Below are positions 62,255 through 64,000 of a stretch of 64,000 nt of DNA, piece by piece. Each line of letters begins with the position of its first letter. Positions within the stretch are counted from its first letter, which is position 1. Position numbers and translations under genes: made by a program. The stretch spans positions 48,590 through 112,589 of the IMG/VR virus record IMGVR_UViG_3300025012_000043; one strand, written 5' to 3'. The notes beneath the pieces are model-generated. The model searched no databases, was not told the origin of the DNA, and saw only the letters and a list, made by a program, of their open reading frames with translations. This stretch comes from a virus.

Positions 62255-63043
62255 TTATGCGTTACGACGTCTAAATTTACGATCTCCAGGCGACGGCATC
62301 CTAAAACTTGTCTTGTCCATACCATGTTTATGAGCACGTACAATATCCGACACTGCAACCATTTTGGGAGTACCGACACCAAGTACTCCCCCAAGAAACA
62401 TTGAGATCTCTTGAAAAGCAGTGAAAGCATGGACAACTTTATAAAACTCAACATCTCTTAAACATGGGTTTATTGTGATAATTTTACTATACCCAAAGCC
62501 ACCTAAATCAAATCCCTTTGTATGATTTTCTTCAATAATAATAACCGGTGATTTTTCAATGTAATGAAACTCATCCACATTACGTTGTTTAAATGGAACA
62601 CTAGTAAAGAATTTCTCAATCTTCTCTCTGTATGTCGTACGCTTACGCATTGATCTAGACTTTTTATAAATCCTATTCTTACCAGTTAAATTCGTCCCAT
62701 AATATTGATCAAGCATATATTTCGTATATGTTTGATTAGCAAACATATCCGTATTCTTTACATCATATGGATACATTGTAATCGGCTTACTTCTACTCAT
62801 ATCAAACTCATTAAATATAAGCCTAAAGAATGGAAATTGTTTCCCGCAAAATAACACAACCCCTGGTTCTATGGTATACCCATTTGGGCATCCAAACATC
62901 CATTCATTCACATTCTCAAAGAACGACACGTGTTCCTCGTCAACCTGCCTAACTTTTTGCTCTCTTACATATACGAGTTCCTTGTCCATTCCGTGAGCCA
63001 TTACACCATCATAGTAATCGTGAAATTTGCTCAATATGCGCAT
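62255..63043 (-). CDS. Conserved phage hypothetical protein
   Basis: MRI.SKFHDYYD...F.K...FTAFQEISMF...HG.D..SFR family pattern. Confidence 0.65.
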   Translation of the reverse strand: MRILSKFHDYYDGVMAHGMDKELVYVREQKVRQVDEEHVSFFENVNEWMFGCPNGYTIEPGVVLFCGKQFPFFRLIFNEFDMSRSKPITMYPYDVKNTDMFANQTYTKYMLDQYYGTNLTGKNRIYKKSRSMRKRTTYREKIEKFFTSVPFKQRNVDEFHYIEKSPVIIIEENHTKGFDLGGFGYSKIITINPCLRDVEFYKVVHAFTAFQEISMFLGGVLGVGTPKMVAVSDIVRAHKHGMDKTSFRMPSPGDRKFRRRNA

Positions 63044-63261
63044 GACAATCTCCTTATTTTAATTTGGTATTCTATTATCTATGTCATAGTGCCGACGATA
63101 TTACTGCAGCTATAGTCATCTTTTTACGCTGATTTTCAAAATCAATATGTTTCTGTATACACTTACCACACGAACACTTTGAACAATATCCAGTATTTTT
63201 CATGATTTTAATCCGACTCAAGATTATTTTTTCTAGGTGCCCCATATCATCAGGCATATTT

Positions 63262-63630
63262 TTACCTATTTTCCATCCCAGTGATGATCTTCTGCACCTT
63301 TGCCGATAAGCCACTATATCTTGGGTTCAAATACGTTAACGATTTAACTAACGCTGTGGGAGACCCAAGAAATGCCTTTAAAATATCACCACACAATGGA
63401 GTGTGAGCATCACGATGTATGCCAATTACCCCATTATCGGCTGCATGTACCATACCAACTGCCCTCTTGATGGCAAGATATCCACCAATCGCCTTATCGG
63501 GTGGGTCTTTATATGACCGATAGGCAAATCCAAATGCAACACGCCCATCATTTAATTTGATACCAGTGATTGCTACTTCAATCAAATTACCTTCGCCTCT
63601 AAGATATTGTACTGGCGGCACGGGGATCAT
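63262..63630 (-). CDS. Hypothetical protein
   Basis: GGGAGG SD; G.A.RS.KD...K.IG..LA..RA motif. Confidence 0.55.
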   Translation of the reverse strand: MIPVPPVQYLRGEGNLIEVAITGIKLNDGRVAFGFAYRSYKDPPDKAIGGYLAIKRAVGMVHAADNGVIGIHRDAHTPLCGDILKAFLGSPTALVKSLTYLNPRYSGLSAKVQKIITGMENR

Positions 63631-63648
63631 TTTCCCTCCCTTTAAAAT

Positions 63649-63999
63649 TTATTTTCTTGCCTCACTTGCCTTAATATACCCGGCAAATTTGGGGTGACGC
63701 TTGAGATTCTTGATCTCCTCGATTTGCTGGGCATTAAGTCTTTCAAGAATTCTTACCCTATCTTTGAATCTCTCCACATCCTTTTCAGCAATAGCACGTT
63801 CAGATTCCTTTTGTGCAATTAATCTTGGATATTCAGAACTAATCTTATCCTCTAATGCTTTAATGGTTACAATGGCAGTATCTCTAGATGATATAAGATC
63901 CAGAATATCTGTAGCAAATTGGGCAAGCCTATACTCATCCAGATTTACTGCAAGTTTCTTTTTCAGCTCCGGCGATGGCGTTAAAAGTGGTATCTTTAA
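63649..63999 (-). CDS. Coiled-coil protein, 5'-truncated by window edge
   Basis: Manual translation is open from the window end: LKIPLLTPSPELKKK...YIKASEARK*. Confidence 0.6.
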   Translation of the reverse strand, partial: LKIPLLTPSPELKKKLAVNLDEYRLAQFATDILDLISSRDTAIVTIKALEDKISSEYPRLIAQKESERAIAEKDVERFKDRVRILERLNAQQIEEIKNLKRHPKFAGYIKASEARK

Positions 64000-64000
64000 T

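Noticed and set aside
62136-62454. N-terminal extension of the VWA ORF to 62196 and ORF 62239-62454
   Set aside because: They overlap the tRNA and the 62255-63043 gene; the VWA start with an SD is at 62136.
1-64000. All plus-strand ORFs and nested alternative-frame minus ORFs in the track
   Set aside because: They are shadows of well-supported minus-strand genes, with no motifs or SD support.
1-64000. Stop-codon recoding (alternative genetic code)
   Set aside because: Core enzymes are full-length in the standard code and end with TAA, TAG or TGA; no suppressor tRNA is seen.

Overview
A 64-kb segment of a large, AT-rich (about one-third GC by eye) dsDNA bacteriophage. Essentially all genes are on the minus strand, tightly packed, and read with the standard genetic code. 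No structural genes, rRNA or CRISPR array are seen. Positions 1-31 kb hold a replication, recombination and nucleotide-metabolism module: an SbcD/Mre11-like nuclease, a solo TnpB, DnaE, a glycosyltransferase, intein-containing NrdJ, a dUTPase-like enzyme, an NDT-like N-glycosidase, an NMP kinase, a primase-helicase, an HTH initiator with internal iterons, an SF2 helicase, a resolvase, RecA, a probable SSB, a PurZ/PurZ0-type synthetase and a catalytically dead LigA homologue. Positions 31-64 kb are accessory or early genes: a sigma-like factor, a Zn-dependent deaminase, peptide deformylase, two EndoVII-type endonucleases, a MoxR AAA + VWA pair, DeoC, adenosine deaminase, a Tad2-like protein, tRNA-Ile(UAU) and many small paralogous ORFs. 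The best candidates for new biology are: (1) a 2-aminoadenine (Z) DNA pathway paired with a family-C polymerase, with no DatZ or MazZ in this window and possibly an alternative dA-removal route (NDT-like hydrolase, DeoC, ADA); (2) a TnpA-less TnpB with an altered RuvC-II whose predicted guide resembles the dnaE 3' end, plus a miniature relic of a related element about 30 kb away; (3) a textbook H-type RNA pseudoknot just after a stop codon at about 56.5 kb. All calls come from motif reading by eye; no searches were run.
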